From assembly GCA_023227985.1 (NCBI GenBank), contig JALOCB010000008.1, positions 1 to 62,230 on the forward strand: a DNA stretch of 62,230 bases. Direction: 5' to 3'. This document shows, in pieces, positions 50,395 through 59,448 of the stretch (positions are counted from its first letter, which is position 1; every line of letters starts with the position of its first letter). The notes beneath the pieces are model-generated. The model had not been told where the DNA came from, did not search any database, and saw nothing but the letters and a program-made list of their open reading frames with translations. The translations under genes and the position numbers were made by a program. The DNA comes from Candidatus Omnitrophota bacterium. GTDB taxonomy: Bacteria > Omnitrophota > Gorgyraeia > Gygaellales > Profunditerraquicolaceae.

Positions 50395-51618
50395 TTATTG
50401 CAACATAGTATTCATTTCAAATATGGGCAGAAGCATGGCCATAACGATAAAACCCACGACCAGCCCCATCCCCAGGATCATCACCGGCTCAAGGAGATTG
50501 TTCATCACCCTCAACGCCTCTTCGGTATCCTTCTCGTAAGCCCCGGCTATCTCCCTGAGGGAGTCGTCGATCCTCCCCGATTCCTCGCCCACGCTGATAA
50601 GATTAATCATAAACGGGGGAATTATCCGGGAATGCTTAAGGCTGGCGCAAAACGAGCCTCCCTGTTCCAGGCTCTTATGGCTTTGGGATAACTGGCCCTT
50701 GACCACCTCATTCTCCAAGGTAGGAACGGTTATGTTGATCGCCTTTAATATCGGCAAGCCGCTGCGCAGCAGCAATTCCAGCGTCCGGGCAAAACGCGCC
50801 AGTTCTGCTTTTAATATCAACGGGCCTATTACCGGAAGCCGCAGGACCAGGCCGCTGAAAGCCATTTTCCCGGCAGAGGAACGCAACCTTTGTTTGACTA
50901 TGAAGAACAGAATTATCGCCAGCAATATCAGCCATCCTCCCCAATGGCGGGAAAAATCGCTTATGGATATCAATATCCGGGTAGGCAGAGGCAGGCTTTG
51001 GCCCATATTCGCGTATACGCCCATAAGCCGGGGAAAGACAAAGACCAGCATAAAGACCACCGTTCCCATCCCCACAAAGAACATAAGTACCGGATAAGCC
51101 AGGGCCATGCGCAGCCGCGAGACCATCTCCTCCTGTTTTTCCCGGTAATCGGCTATGCGCAAAAGTATCTCCGGAAGCGCGCCGCTGTTCTCCCCGGTAT
51201 TTATCATCGCCACGTAGAACGAAGAAAAAACAGCCGGATATCCCGCCAAAATCGCCGAAAAACAAGTCCCTTCTTTCACCGACCTGTAGATATTATATAT
51301 TATCGTCTTAAACTGTGATTTATCCAATTGTTCGGCGATAATGCTCAAAGCCCTGAGTATAGGCACACCGGCCTTCAAAAGACTGGCCATCTGGCGGGTA
51401 AATATAGTGATATCCCGGGACCTGACGCCCTGCCCCTTTCCCCGGTTAAAACCGGCCTGTGCCTGGACCGGATCAGCGTTCTGCGCGATATAAATAGGAA
51501 CATAACCCATCCGGCTGATCTTTTCTATCGCCTCTTTCTCGGACTGGGCTTCTATACTGGACTCCACTTCTTCGACCGGACCGTTCTTCGCTTTATATCG
51601 GTAAGTTGGCATATGCAA
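50395..51618 (-). CDS. gspF: GspF/PilC platform protein
   Basis: 407 aa. Duplicated T2SSF domain and three TM helices. N-terminal Y.YKAK...G and FTRQMASLLKAGVPILRAL blocks. Confidence 0.88.
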   Translation of the reverse strand: MHMPTYRYKAKNGPVEEVESSIEAQSEKEAIEKISRMGYVPIYIAQNADPVQAQAGFNRGKGQGVRSRDITIFTRQMASLLKAGVPILRALSIIAEQLDKSQFKTIIYNIYRSVKEGTCFSAILAGYPAVFSSFYVAMINTGENSGALPEILLRIADYREKQEEMVSRLRMALAYPVLMFFVGMGTVVFMLVFVFPRLMGVYANMGQSLPLPTRILISISDFSRHWGGWLILLAIILFFIVKQRLRSSAGKMAFSGLVLRLPVIGPLILKAELARFARTLELLLRSGLPILKAINITVPTLENEVVKGQLSQSHKSLEQGGSFCASLKHSRIIPPFMINLISVGEESGRIDDSLREIAGAYEKDTEEALRVMNNLLEPVMILGMGLVVGFIVMAMLLPIFEMNTMLQ

Positions 51619-51623
51619 GACCC

Positions 51624-53774
51624 CTATTCGTTGGCAATTGAATTACCCACGTATTTATCCAGGCTGCGGCGCTGGGCTCCGGTCAGGTCCAGGAAGCATA
51701 CCGCAACATCATATTTCCTGTTCTCTTCCAGCTCATCCACCCGGATCACGCGGGCTAAGCAATTTATCGGTTCGTCCGTTTCAGGCAGGTCGATCTTTAA
51801 CTCCAGGACCACCCCCGCGGGAAACGACTGTTCGGCGAAAAAGACCAGGCCGCCGGCCGAAATATCCCGGGTGACCGAATTCACCTCCGGGACCGGCACT
51901 CGTTTTCCGTGTTCATCCTTAGTATTAAAGACCTTGTAATGTATATCGACCTTGCTCTTTAACCGGTGGTAAATCCTCTTGTTGATCACCACCTCTTCCA
52001 GGGGTTTTTCCTCATCCAGTCCCACAGCGATCCCTCCTGTATTTATGCCCTCATCTTCGCGCTCCTCGGCGGCAGTGGCTTTCATCACCTCTTCCGGTGT
52101 GGTCAGTCCGGCAAGGATCTTCTGCCAGCCATCCTGTCGCAGGGTCCGCATGCCTCTGGCTATAGCCGCTTTCTTGATCTGGCTGGCCGAGCTTTTTTTA
52201 AGGATCAGCTCTTTCATCATATTATCTATCAGCAGCATTTCATATATAGCGGTCCTGCCCAGAAAACCGGTAAAATTGCAGTTAGCGCAGCCTTTACCGC
52301 GAAAGATCTTGATATCGGAAACTTTCTTGCCGGTTTCAAAAGCGATTATCTCTTTTAATTCCTTCGGCGCAGCGGTATCCTCATATTTACAAGCCGGGCA
52401 TATAAGCCTGATCAGTCGCTGAGCGATAAACGCCTCGACGCTGGACGCCACCAGATAAGGCTCAAGGCCTATATCTATAAGACGGGTGATCCCGCTGGCT
52501 GCGTCATTGGTATGCAAAGTGGAAAAAACAAGGTGGCCGGTCAAAGCTACACGGATAGCGATCTCCGCGGTCTCCAGGTCGCGCACCTCGCCGACCATGA
52601 TCACATCCGGGTCATGCCGCAGTATGCTGCGCAGCCCCCTTGAGAAATCCAGCCCGATCCCCGGCTGCACCTGTATCTGGGTTATCCCGGACATCTCGTA
52701 TTCGATCGGGTCCTCGATGGTGATGATCTTGCGGTCGTTGGTATTGATCCTGGTCAAACAGGCGTACAACGTAGTGGTTTTTCCGCTTCCCGTTGGCCCG
52801 GTTACCATAATTATCCCGTGCGGTTTTAAAATAGTCTCTTCGAAGATCTTAAGGTCCCGCTTGGCCAGACCCAGTTTTTCCAGGTTAAAAAGCATCTTCA
52901 CCGGCAGGATACGGAGCACCACGCTTTCGCCGAAAGGCGTAGGTATGGTCGAGATCCTCAGGTCCAATATCTGGTCAGCTACCTTGACTACCGCCCTTCC
53001 GTCCTGCGGAAGCCGGCGCTCGACGATATTCAGATTGGACATAATCTTGATACGCGAGATTATGGCGGAGATAAAACCGTGGATACCGGCGGGGACATTG
53101 GTGTCGTAAAGTATGCCGTCTATGCGGTAACGCACGCTCACGCTGTCGCGGTACGGCTCGATATGGATATCTGTGGCGCGTTTCTTGAACGCCTCCAGGA
53201 TCAGCTGGTTCACCAGTTTTATTACCGAGGCATCCTCCGCCAGCTTCTCGATATCCTCCAATCTTTCCTCCGGCTGGCCCTGATCCGCGGCTGACGCTTC
53301 CTGGATCTGCCCCTTGGACATCTTTCCCACGGTCTCCGAAGCCAGGCCGTAATACTTGTTCAGGCTGTCCAGGATATCATCAGCGCTGGAGATCACCATT
53401 TCAATATCCATGCCCAACTGGGTCCGGATCTCATCCTGGATCTTTATATCCGGGGGATAGGCTACGGCGATAGAGATCAACCGGTCAACGATCTTCACCG
53501 GGAAGAATTTGTAATAATAGGCGATCTTGAAAGGCACGCGCTCGATCACCGCCTTATCCACGGTTATCGCCTTAAGGTCAAGTTGCGGGGTCTTCAGCCT
53601 TTCGGAGATGATGTTCATCGCCTCCTGCTCGGAAATAAGATTATTCTTAAGCAGGACATAGAACAAAGGCTGACGGGTATCCTCCGCCTCTTTTACGAAC
53701 CGGCTGAGGGCATCTTTATTCAACCTGCCGGTGTTATGAAAAATGTCGTAGAAGACCAGGTCGATCTTAGTCAC
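51624..53774 (-). CDS. GspE/PilB-family secretion ATPase with a C-terminal PilZ domain
   Basis: 716 aa with GTG start. T2SSE_N-like N-terminus, Walker A GPTGSGKTTT, Asp box, Walker B and His box, and a tetracysteine motif CPACK...CANC. The last ~115 aa (about 51627-51983) carry RIYHR (RxxxR) and DISAGG (DxSxxG), the PilZ signature. Confidence 0.85.
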   Translation of the reverse strand: MTKIDLVFYDIFHNTGRLNKDALSRFVKEAEDTRQPLFYVLLKNNLISEQEAMNIISERLKTPQLDLKAITVDKAVIERVPFKIAYYYKFFPVKIVDRLISIAVAYPPDIKIQDEIRTQLGMDIEMVISSADDILDSLNKYYGLASETVGKMSKGQIQEASAADQGQPEERLEDIEKLAEDASVIKLVNQLILEAFKKRATDIHIEPYRDSVSVRYRIDGILYDTNVPAGIHGFISAIISRIKIMSNLNIVERRLPQDGRAVVKVADQILDLRISTIPTPFGESVVLRILPVKMLFNLEKLGLAKRDLKIFEETILKPHGIIMVTGPTGSGKTTTLYACLTRINTNDRKIITIEDPIEYEMSGITQIQVQPGIGLDFSRGLRSILRHDPDVIMVGEVRDLETAEIAIRVALTGHLVFSTLHTNDAASGITRLIDIGLEPYLVASSVEAFIAQRLIRLICPACKYEDTAAPKELKEIIAFETGKKVSDIKIFRGKGCANCNFTGFLGRTAIYEMLLIDNMMKELILKKSSASQIKKAAIARGMRTLRQDGWQKILAGLTTPEEVMKATAAEEREDEGINTGGIAVGLDEEKPLEEVVINKRIYHRLKSKVDIHYKVFNTKDEHGKRVPVPEVNSVTRDISAGGLVFFAEQSFPAGVVLELKIDLPETDEPINCLARVIRVDELEENRKYDVAVCFLDLTGAQRRSLDKYVGNSIANE

Positions 53775-54265
53775 TATTTATTCCCTTCCAAATGGTTCTT
53801 TTTCAATAAACCCCGGATGCTCTGGCTGATATGCTCGCGTAATTGTTTTATCGCGCCATTCAGGTCAGCTTCGCTGGCCAGGACAAGCTCGAGCTTTCTG
53901 GGGCTTGCCTCTTCTTCCATCTTGCTGATCGGCACCACGTTCAAAGGATTTAGGATAGCCACTGTCACCGTGTAATCATCCTGGCGCAAAGGAAAACATT
54001 TATGGTCCACGATCAAAGACGATGAGAACTTGCGGGCCAGGTCCATATCGATATATTCGGTCTTCAGGTCCACGATCGGCATATTGAATTGCTCGGAAAG
54101 CGCCTCGATCAGCTGGCGGTCGTTGATCACCCCCTTGCCGATAAGTATCTTGCCCAGGAAGTCCGCGTTTATCTTCTGCTCCATCAGCGAATCATGCAGC
54201 TGTGCCTCGGTAATATAGCCCTTGGAGATCAATATCTCGCCTATGCGCTTTGGACTTTTTTCCAT
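53774..54265 (-). CDS. Stand-alone MshEN-type (T2SSE N-terminal) domain protein, predicted c-di-GMP receptor
   Basis: 163 aa. Residues 7-30 are RIGEILISKGYITEAQLHDSLMEQ and residues 36-59 are FLGKILIGKGVINDRQLIEALSEQ. Both fit the 24-residue MshEN motif, and they are separated by exactly 5 residues (KINAD). Shows a 1-nt overlap with the ATPase gene. Confidence 0.75.
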   Translation of the reverse strand: MEKSPKRIGEILISKGYITEAQLHDSLMEQKINADFLGKILIGKGVINDRQLIEALSEQFNMPIVDLKTEYIDMDLARKFSSSLIVDHKCFPLRQDDYTVTVAILNPLNVVPISKMEEEASPRKLELVLASEADLNGAIKQLREHISQSIRGLLKKNHLEGNK

Positions 54266-54279
54266 AGTTTGTCCCCCCT

Positions 54280-55674
<1,395 letters not shown>

Positions 55675-55685
55675 TTATTTTGCTT

Positions 55686-55742
55686 TCAAGACCCGGTCTT
55701 GCAACACGTTGCCTATCATAAGGTTGCAAGACCGGGTCTTGA
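55686..55742. repeat. Perfect 19-bp inverted repeat between atpG and atpD
   Basis: TCAAGACCCGGTCTTGCAA (55686-55704) and TTGCAAGACCGGGTCTTGA (55724-55742) are exact reverse complements with a 19-nt spacer. Each arm also contains the 15-nt palindrome CAAGACC(C/G)GGTCTTG, which recurs at 26891-26905. Confidence 0.85.
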
Positions 55743-55744
55743 TG

Positions 55745-56596
55745 CTATTTAAAAGCCAACCTGGCCGCGAACAACTCCCTCATATTCTTATCGACTAATT
55801 CATGCCGCTGCCGGAAATACTGCAGCCGGAGATCCTTGTTCAACTGTTCGATCTTGGTCTTACTGCTCTCCAGGTGAATGAACCTCGCGGATAATTCCGC
55901 AAGACGGGCCATATTGAAAACCTGGAGAAAATTATATCCCAGCAGCAAATAGGTGCAATATTCCACTATATCATCAACCGGCGATTCCAGGATCACGGAC
56001 GCAGGAACAACAGTCTCTTTCTTCCTTATTGCCGTAGCGGATAAAGAGGCAAAAGGGATGAGTTGCTGGATCTTGACCTGCTGCGAGACTATCGAAAGGG
56101 CCTGCGGATAAACTATCTTAAGTTCCCCGATCCTGCCGTTGAGCGCCTCCTTAAAAATATAATCCCTTAACTCCTGCGCCTGGGCTACCTTGGTCTCATC
56201 AGAGACGCCCTTGAATGTAACATACGGCAACCCGCTTTCTTTGGCGTACATCTCGCCTTTTTCCCCGATTATATAGAGCTTGCCTTTGACCCGCTCGCCC
56301 TCTTTTATCGCCTGGGACATCACGCTCATATTCAGCCCGCCCAACAGTCCGGCGTCGGAGGTCAAGGCGATGATCCCCGGCTGTTTATCCGCCGTGTTCA
56401 ATATCGGATGTTTGGATTCGCTTATTTTGAACATCGCCTGGATCGAATCCAGGGCTGCGTATATATCGTCGAATTTCTTGACCTTCTTTTCCAGGATGCG
56501 GTACTGCGCTATGGCGATCTCTTTAAGCACCTCCAGCAGATTATAGAGGTTGGCGTTGAATTCCATGTCTTTTTTTATCGCCGAGAGAAGTTTCAT
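55745..56596 (-). CDS. atpG: F-type ATPase gamma subunit (divergent)
   Basis: 283 aa. LTSDAGLLGGLN (canonical TSDRGLCG) and a C-terminal helix (RQRHELVDKNMRELFAARLA). Sits between alpha and beta. Confidence 0.75.
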   Translation of the reverse strand: MKLLSAIKKDMEFNANLYNLLEVLKEIAIAQYRILEKKVKKFDDIYAALDSIQAMFKISESKHPILNTADKQPGIIALTSDAGLLGGLNMSVMSQAIKEGERVKGKLYIIGEKGEMYAKESGLPYVTFKGVSDETKVAQAQELRDYIFKEALNGRIGELKIVYPQALSIVSQQVKIQQLIPFASLSATAIRKKETVVPASVILESPVDDIVEYCTYLLLGYNFLQVFNMARLAELSARFIHLESSKTKIEQLNKDLRLQYFRQRHELVDKNMRELFAARLAFK

Positions 56597-58078
56597 CTAT
56601 GTCTGCGCGAAATAATGGTTCAGGGCTTCATAGAGCATTTCTATAGAAGTATCATTAAGCACCAGCGTTTTGCGTATCTCGCCGAAAAGATCAGGGAACT
56701 CCTTCTGCACCAGTTTGACGAACTCATTCTTGAAACGCTTGAAGTCCTGCGGGGAAAGACTGTCTAAGACGCCCATGCTCAGGGCAAACAGATACATAAC
56801 CTCCGCCTCCATGGATATAGGATTGTTCTTATCCTGGATCAAAAGCTGGGTTATCGCCTGGCCGCGCTTCATCCGGTCCTCCGCGTCTTTGGAAAGGCCG
56901 GTAGTGCGCAGCTGGGTCATCTGCAGGAGCTCCTGATACTGCAGGTATTCCAGCCTGAGCTGGCCGCTCAACGCCTTCATCGCCGGCCACTGCGCCTTAT
57001 TCCCGATACGCGAGACAGAAAGCCCGAAATCGATCGCCGGCCTTACGCCTTTATTGAAGAGCGTGGTCGAAAAATAGATCTGCCCGTCGGTCATAGAGAT
57101 AAGATTCGACGATACATAACCGGTGACATCGCCCTGAAGTATCTCGACGATAGGCAGAAAGGTCATCGACCCGCCGCCCAATTCCGGTTTAAGGTACCCC
57201 GCGCGCTCCATTAATTGCGAATGGATATAAAATATATCTCCCGGATAAGCCTCCCGGCCAGGGGCGCGTTCCAGCAAAAGGGATATCTGGCGGTATACCC
57301 AGGCGTGCTTAGTCAGATCGTCATGGATCAGCAGGACATCCTTGCCTTTTTTCATAAAATACTCGCCCAGCATACAGGCGGTATAAGGCGCGAGGTATTG
57401 TTCCCCCATAGGGACGGAGGCCACGGCGCTGACCACAATGGTATAAGGCATTACCCCTTTTTCATTGAACAGGTTCAGGAGTTTTATCAGGCTGGAATTG
57501 GTTTTGCCGATACAACAATAAATACATACCACATCCCGGCCCTGCTGGTTGATGATAGCGTCGATGGCCACGGTGGTCTTTCCGGTAAGGCGGTCGCCGA
57601 TCAAAAGCTGCCTCTGGCCTTTGGCGATCGGGATCACCGCGTCCAAAAGCAAGGCCCCTGTCTCCAGCGTTTCTTTGACCGGAGCCCTGTCCATTACGCC
57701 CGGGGCGTCGATGAATACGGGAAAATTATCGCCGGCCTCTATCGGGCCCTGTCCGTCAACCGGCTCGCATAAGCCGTTGACGATCCTTCCCAGGAACTTA
57801 TCCCCTACCGGCAAATGCAAAAACTCGCCTTTGCTCAGTACCTTCTCGCCCACGTGCAGCGGAGCCTGGGTATTCAACACCAACACCTGGATCTCATCGG
57901 CGTTGAAACCGAAAACAATGCCCTTGCCGCCCTGCTCGAACTCCACGATCTGCCCGTTAATGCAGGAGGCCAATCCTTTAACCTTCAGGATACATTCGCG
58001 CACCGAGGCAATAGTCCCCAGCTCATGCACCGCGAATTTCGCCTGCTCGGGATTCTCAGCCTGTTTGGTGATGGCCAA
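56597..58078 (-). CDS. atpA: F-type ATPase alpha subunit
   Basis: 493 aa. GDRLTGKTT P-loop, DDLTKHAWVYRQISLLLERAPGREAYPGDIFYIHSQLMERA and MTDGQIYF blocks. Confidence 0.9.
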   Translation of the reverse strand: MAITKQAENPEQAKFAVHELGTIASVRECILKVKGLASCINGQIVEFEQGGKGIVFGFNADEIQVLVLNTQAPLHVGEKVLSKGEFLHLPVGDKFLGRIVNGLCEPVDGQGPIEAGDNFPVFIDAPGVMDRAPVKETLETGALLLDAVIPIAKGQRQLLIGDRLTGKTTVAIDAIINQQGRDVVCIYCCIGKTNSSLIKLLNLFNEKGVMPYTIVVSAVASVPMGEQYLAPYTACMLGEYFMKKGKDVLLIHDDLTKHAWVYRQISLLLERAPGREAYPGDIFYIHSQLMERAGYLKPELGGGSMTFLPIVEILQGDVTGYVSSNLISMTDGQIYFSTTLFNKGVRPAIDFGLSVSRIGNKAQWPAMKALSGQLRLEYLQYQELLQMTQLRTTGLSKDAEDRMKRGQAITQLLIQDKNNPISMEAEVMYLFALSMGVLDSLSPQDFKRFKNEFVKLVQKEFPDLFGEIRKTLVLNDTSIEMLYEALNHYFAQT

Positions 58079-58793
58079 GCGATTCCTCCTTTATCTTGAA
58101 CCTTAGGCTGCCGTCAAGAAAAAGACTGCCTATATTGACCACTAACCCAGCGATGAGATCGGGATCGGTCTCTTCTTTTATCTTAAGGTCATTCCCCAGC
58201 TTTTCGTTCAGTTTAACCATAAGGGCGTTACGCTGTTTACCGGTAAGCTCAAACGCGCAGATCACCGTTACGTCTTTGGTCCCCTCGGGGACCTTAAGCC
58301 GGTCAAGGTTTTCGTAGCTGTTGGCGATCAGGCCGCTGATCCAGTGTTCGTGGATATCCCGGCGGACATTCTCGGGCAGGGTATCTTTTAGCAAGGCTAC
58401 AGCCTTAAGCGTGGCCTTTTCATCTATCTTGGTATTCTCTTCAGCCATAAGCGCAAGCCTGGCATTGTCCGCCTGCTTGATCATTTCGTTGGCCTCCTGA
58501 TGAGCCGCATCCAGGATCTTCGTTTTCTGCCCCTCGATCTCCTTGGCCGTTTTTTCCTTTTGCTCCGCCGCTTCCTTCTGGGCATTAGCCAGGATCTCCC
58601 GGCTCTGCCGCTTTATATCTTCCAGCTGTTTGTCTATATCCTCTTTTTTCTTGGCCAAAGCCGCTTCCTGGGCGTCAAGATGCTCTGTCTGGCCCACAAG
58701 CCGGGAATGGACCAGGCTCTTGAACATAAAGAACATTATCACGCCGAAAAGCACGAATATCCCCATCATCGACAACAATAAAGACATATCCAT
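58056..58793 (-). CDS. F-type ATPase b subunit fused to a delta/OSCP-like C-terminal domain
   Basis: 245 aa. An N-terminal TM helix and a long charged coiled coil are b-like. The C-terminal ~100 aa end with DPDLIAGLVVNIGSLFLDGSLRFKI, which resembles the delta C-terminal block. Confidence 0.7.
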   Translation of the reverse strand: MDMSLLLSMMGIFVLFGVIMFFMFKSLVHSRLVGQTEHLDAQEAALAKKKEDIDKQLEDIKRQSREILANAQKEAAEQKEKTAKEIEGQKTKILDAAHQEANEMIKQADNARLALMAEENTKIDEKATLKAVALLKDTLPENVRRDIHEHWISGLIANSYENLDRLKVPEGTKDVTVICAFELTGKQRNALMVKLNEKLGNDLKIKEETDPDLIAGLVVNIGSLFLDGSLRFKIKEESLGHHQTG

Positions 58794-58833
58794 TTTACAG
58801 CTCCTTTTCCGCCTCGAACGCTTTCCGGCGGCC

Positions 58834-59046
58834 TTAAGAGAACAACTGAAAAACGATCAGCATCGCGATGATCGCCGCAGCCTCGGCGAAAACCAGGACA
58901 AAGATCATCGCCGTGAATATCCGCGGGGCCGACGAGGGATTCCTGCCCAAAGCGGTAATGCTTGCCCTGGCGCAGGAGCCGAAAACCCAGCATGGCCCGG
59001 CTATACAGAAGATAAAGATAAGAAGCAATGCCAGATTGCGGTCCAT
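58834..59046 (-). CDS. atpE: F-type ATPase c subunit
   Basis: About 70 aa helical hairpin from MDRNLALL. Loop motif ALGRNPSS and a carboxylate in helix 2 (VFAEAAAI). The ORF-track start at 59130 overlaps atpC and is rejected. Confidence 0.8.
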   Translation of the reverse strand: MDRNLALLLIFIFCIAGPCWVFGSCARASITALGRNPSSAPRIFTAMIFVLVFAEAAAIIAMLIVFQLFS

Positions 59047-59050
59047 AAGC

Positions 59051-59278
59051 CTATCTTTCCACGATAATAGTGGCCTTGTTCTGATTAAAGCCGATAATAC
59101 CCCGGCGCACCGGATAGGACCTGCCGTCAATGATCAGGCTGCCGCCGATCAAACGGCCGATCACCGGTTTATGGTAAGCCAAGACTTCGAACTCGCCGTG
59201 CTCACCGGGTAATTTTATGCTTTCGGCTTTCCCCTCGAAGATCTTCTCTTCAGGGGTTAATAATATGACATCGAACAT
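59051..59278 (-). CDS. atpC: F-type ATPase epsilon subunit, beta-sandwich domain only
   Basis: 75 aa. LTPEEKIFEGKAESIKLPGEHGEFEVLAYHKPVIGRL matches the epsilon N-terminal domain. The C-terminal helical hairpin is absent. Confidence 0.75.
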   Translation of the reverse strand: MFDVILLTPEEKIFEGKAESIKLPGEHGEFEVLAYHKPVIGRLIGGSLIIDGRSYPVRRGIIGFNQNKATIIVER

Positions 59279-59377
59279 TTTTATAAACGCCTATAAATAA
59301 AAGAATTCCGTCTTTTTTATTCTATCACAATTTTATAAAAAATAGTTATTTTTTTTGAGCGGGCTTAAACCGGGTGA

Positions 59378-59426
59378 GAAATGAAAACGGGGGCAGTTAT
59401 TGTCGGTTGAACCAACAACTGCCCCC
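59378..59426 (-). terminator. Intrinsic terminator after the large surface-protein gene
   Basis: The minus strand reads GGGGGCAGTTGTTG, a 10-nt loop, CAATAACTGCCCCC (14-bp stem with one mismatch), then GTTTTCATTTCT. Confidence 0.65.
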
Positions 59427-59448
59427 GCAGGTTTGCGCCGCTTTGTAA

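Noticed and set aside
50708-51265. A 185-aa minus-strand ORF in an alternative frame inside gspF.
   Set aside because: It is fully nested in the well-supported GspF reading frame. The translation is Gly/Arg/Pro-rich with no motif or RBS, so it is a frame artefact.
58543-59130. Extra ORFs around atpE (58766-58993 minus, 58543-59067 plus, 58868-59212 plus) and the 98-aa version of the c-subunit ORF. I also looked here for a hidden a-subunit gene.
   Set aside because: None encodes the 5-6 TM helices or the conserved Arg helix of an a subunit. They overlap the short, well-defined c, b and epsilon genes in other frames. The 98-aa c ORF overlaps atpC by 80 nt, whereas the ATG at 59046 gives a standard 70-aa hairpin.
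59281-59345. Candidate promoter for the ATPase operon: an extended -10 TGATAGAAT at 59319-59327 on the minus strand.
   Set aside because: It is not listed as a feature because the -35 region is poor (AACTAT) and the whole region is AT-rich, so chance matches are likely. It is plausible but unsupported without 5'-end data.
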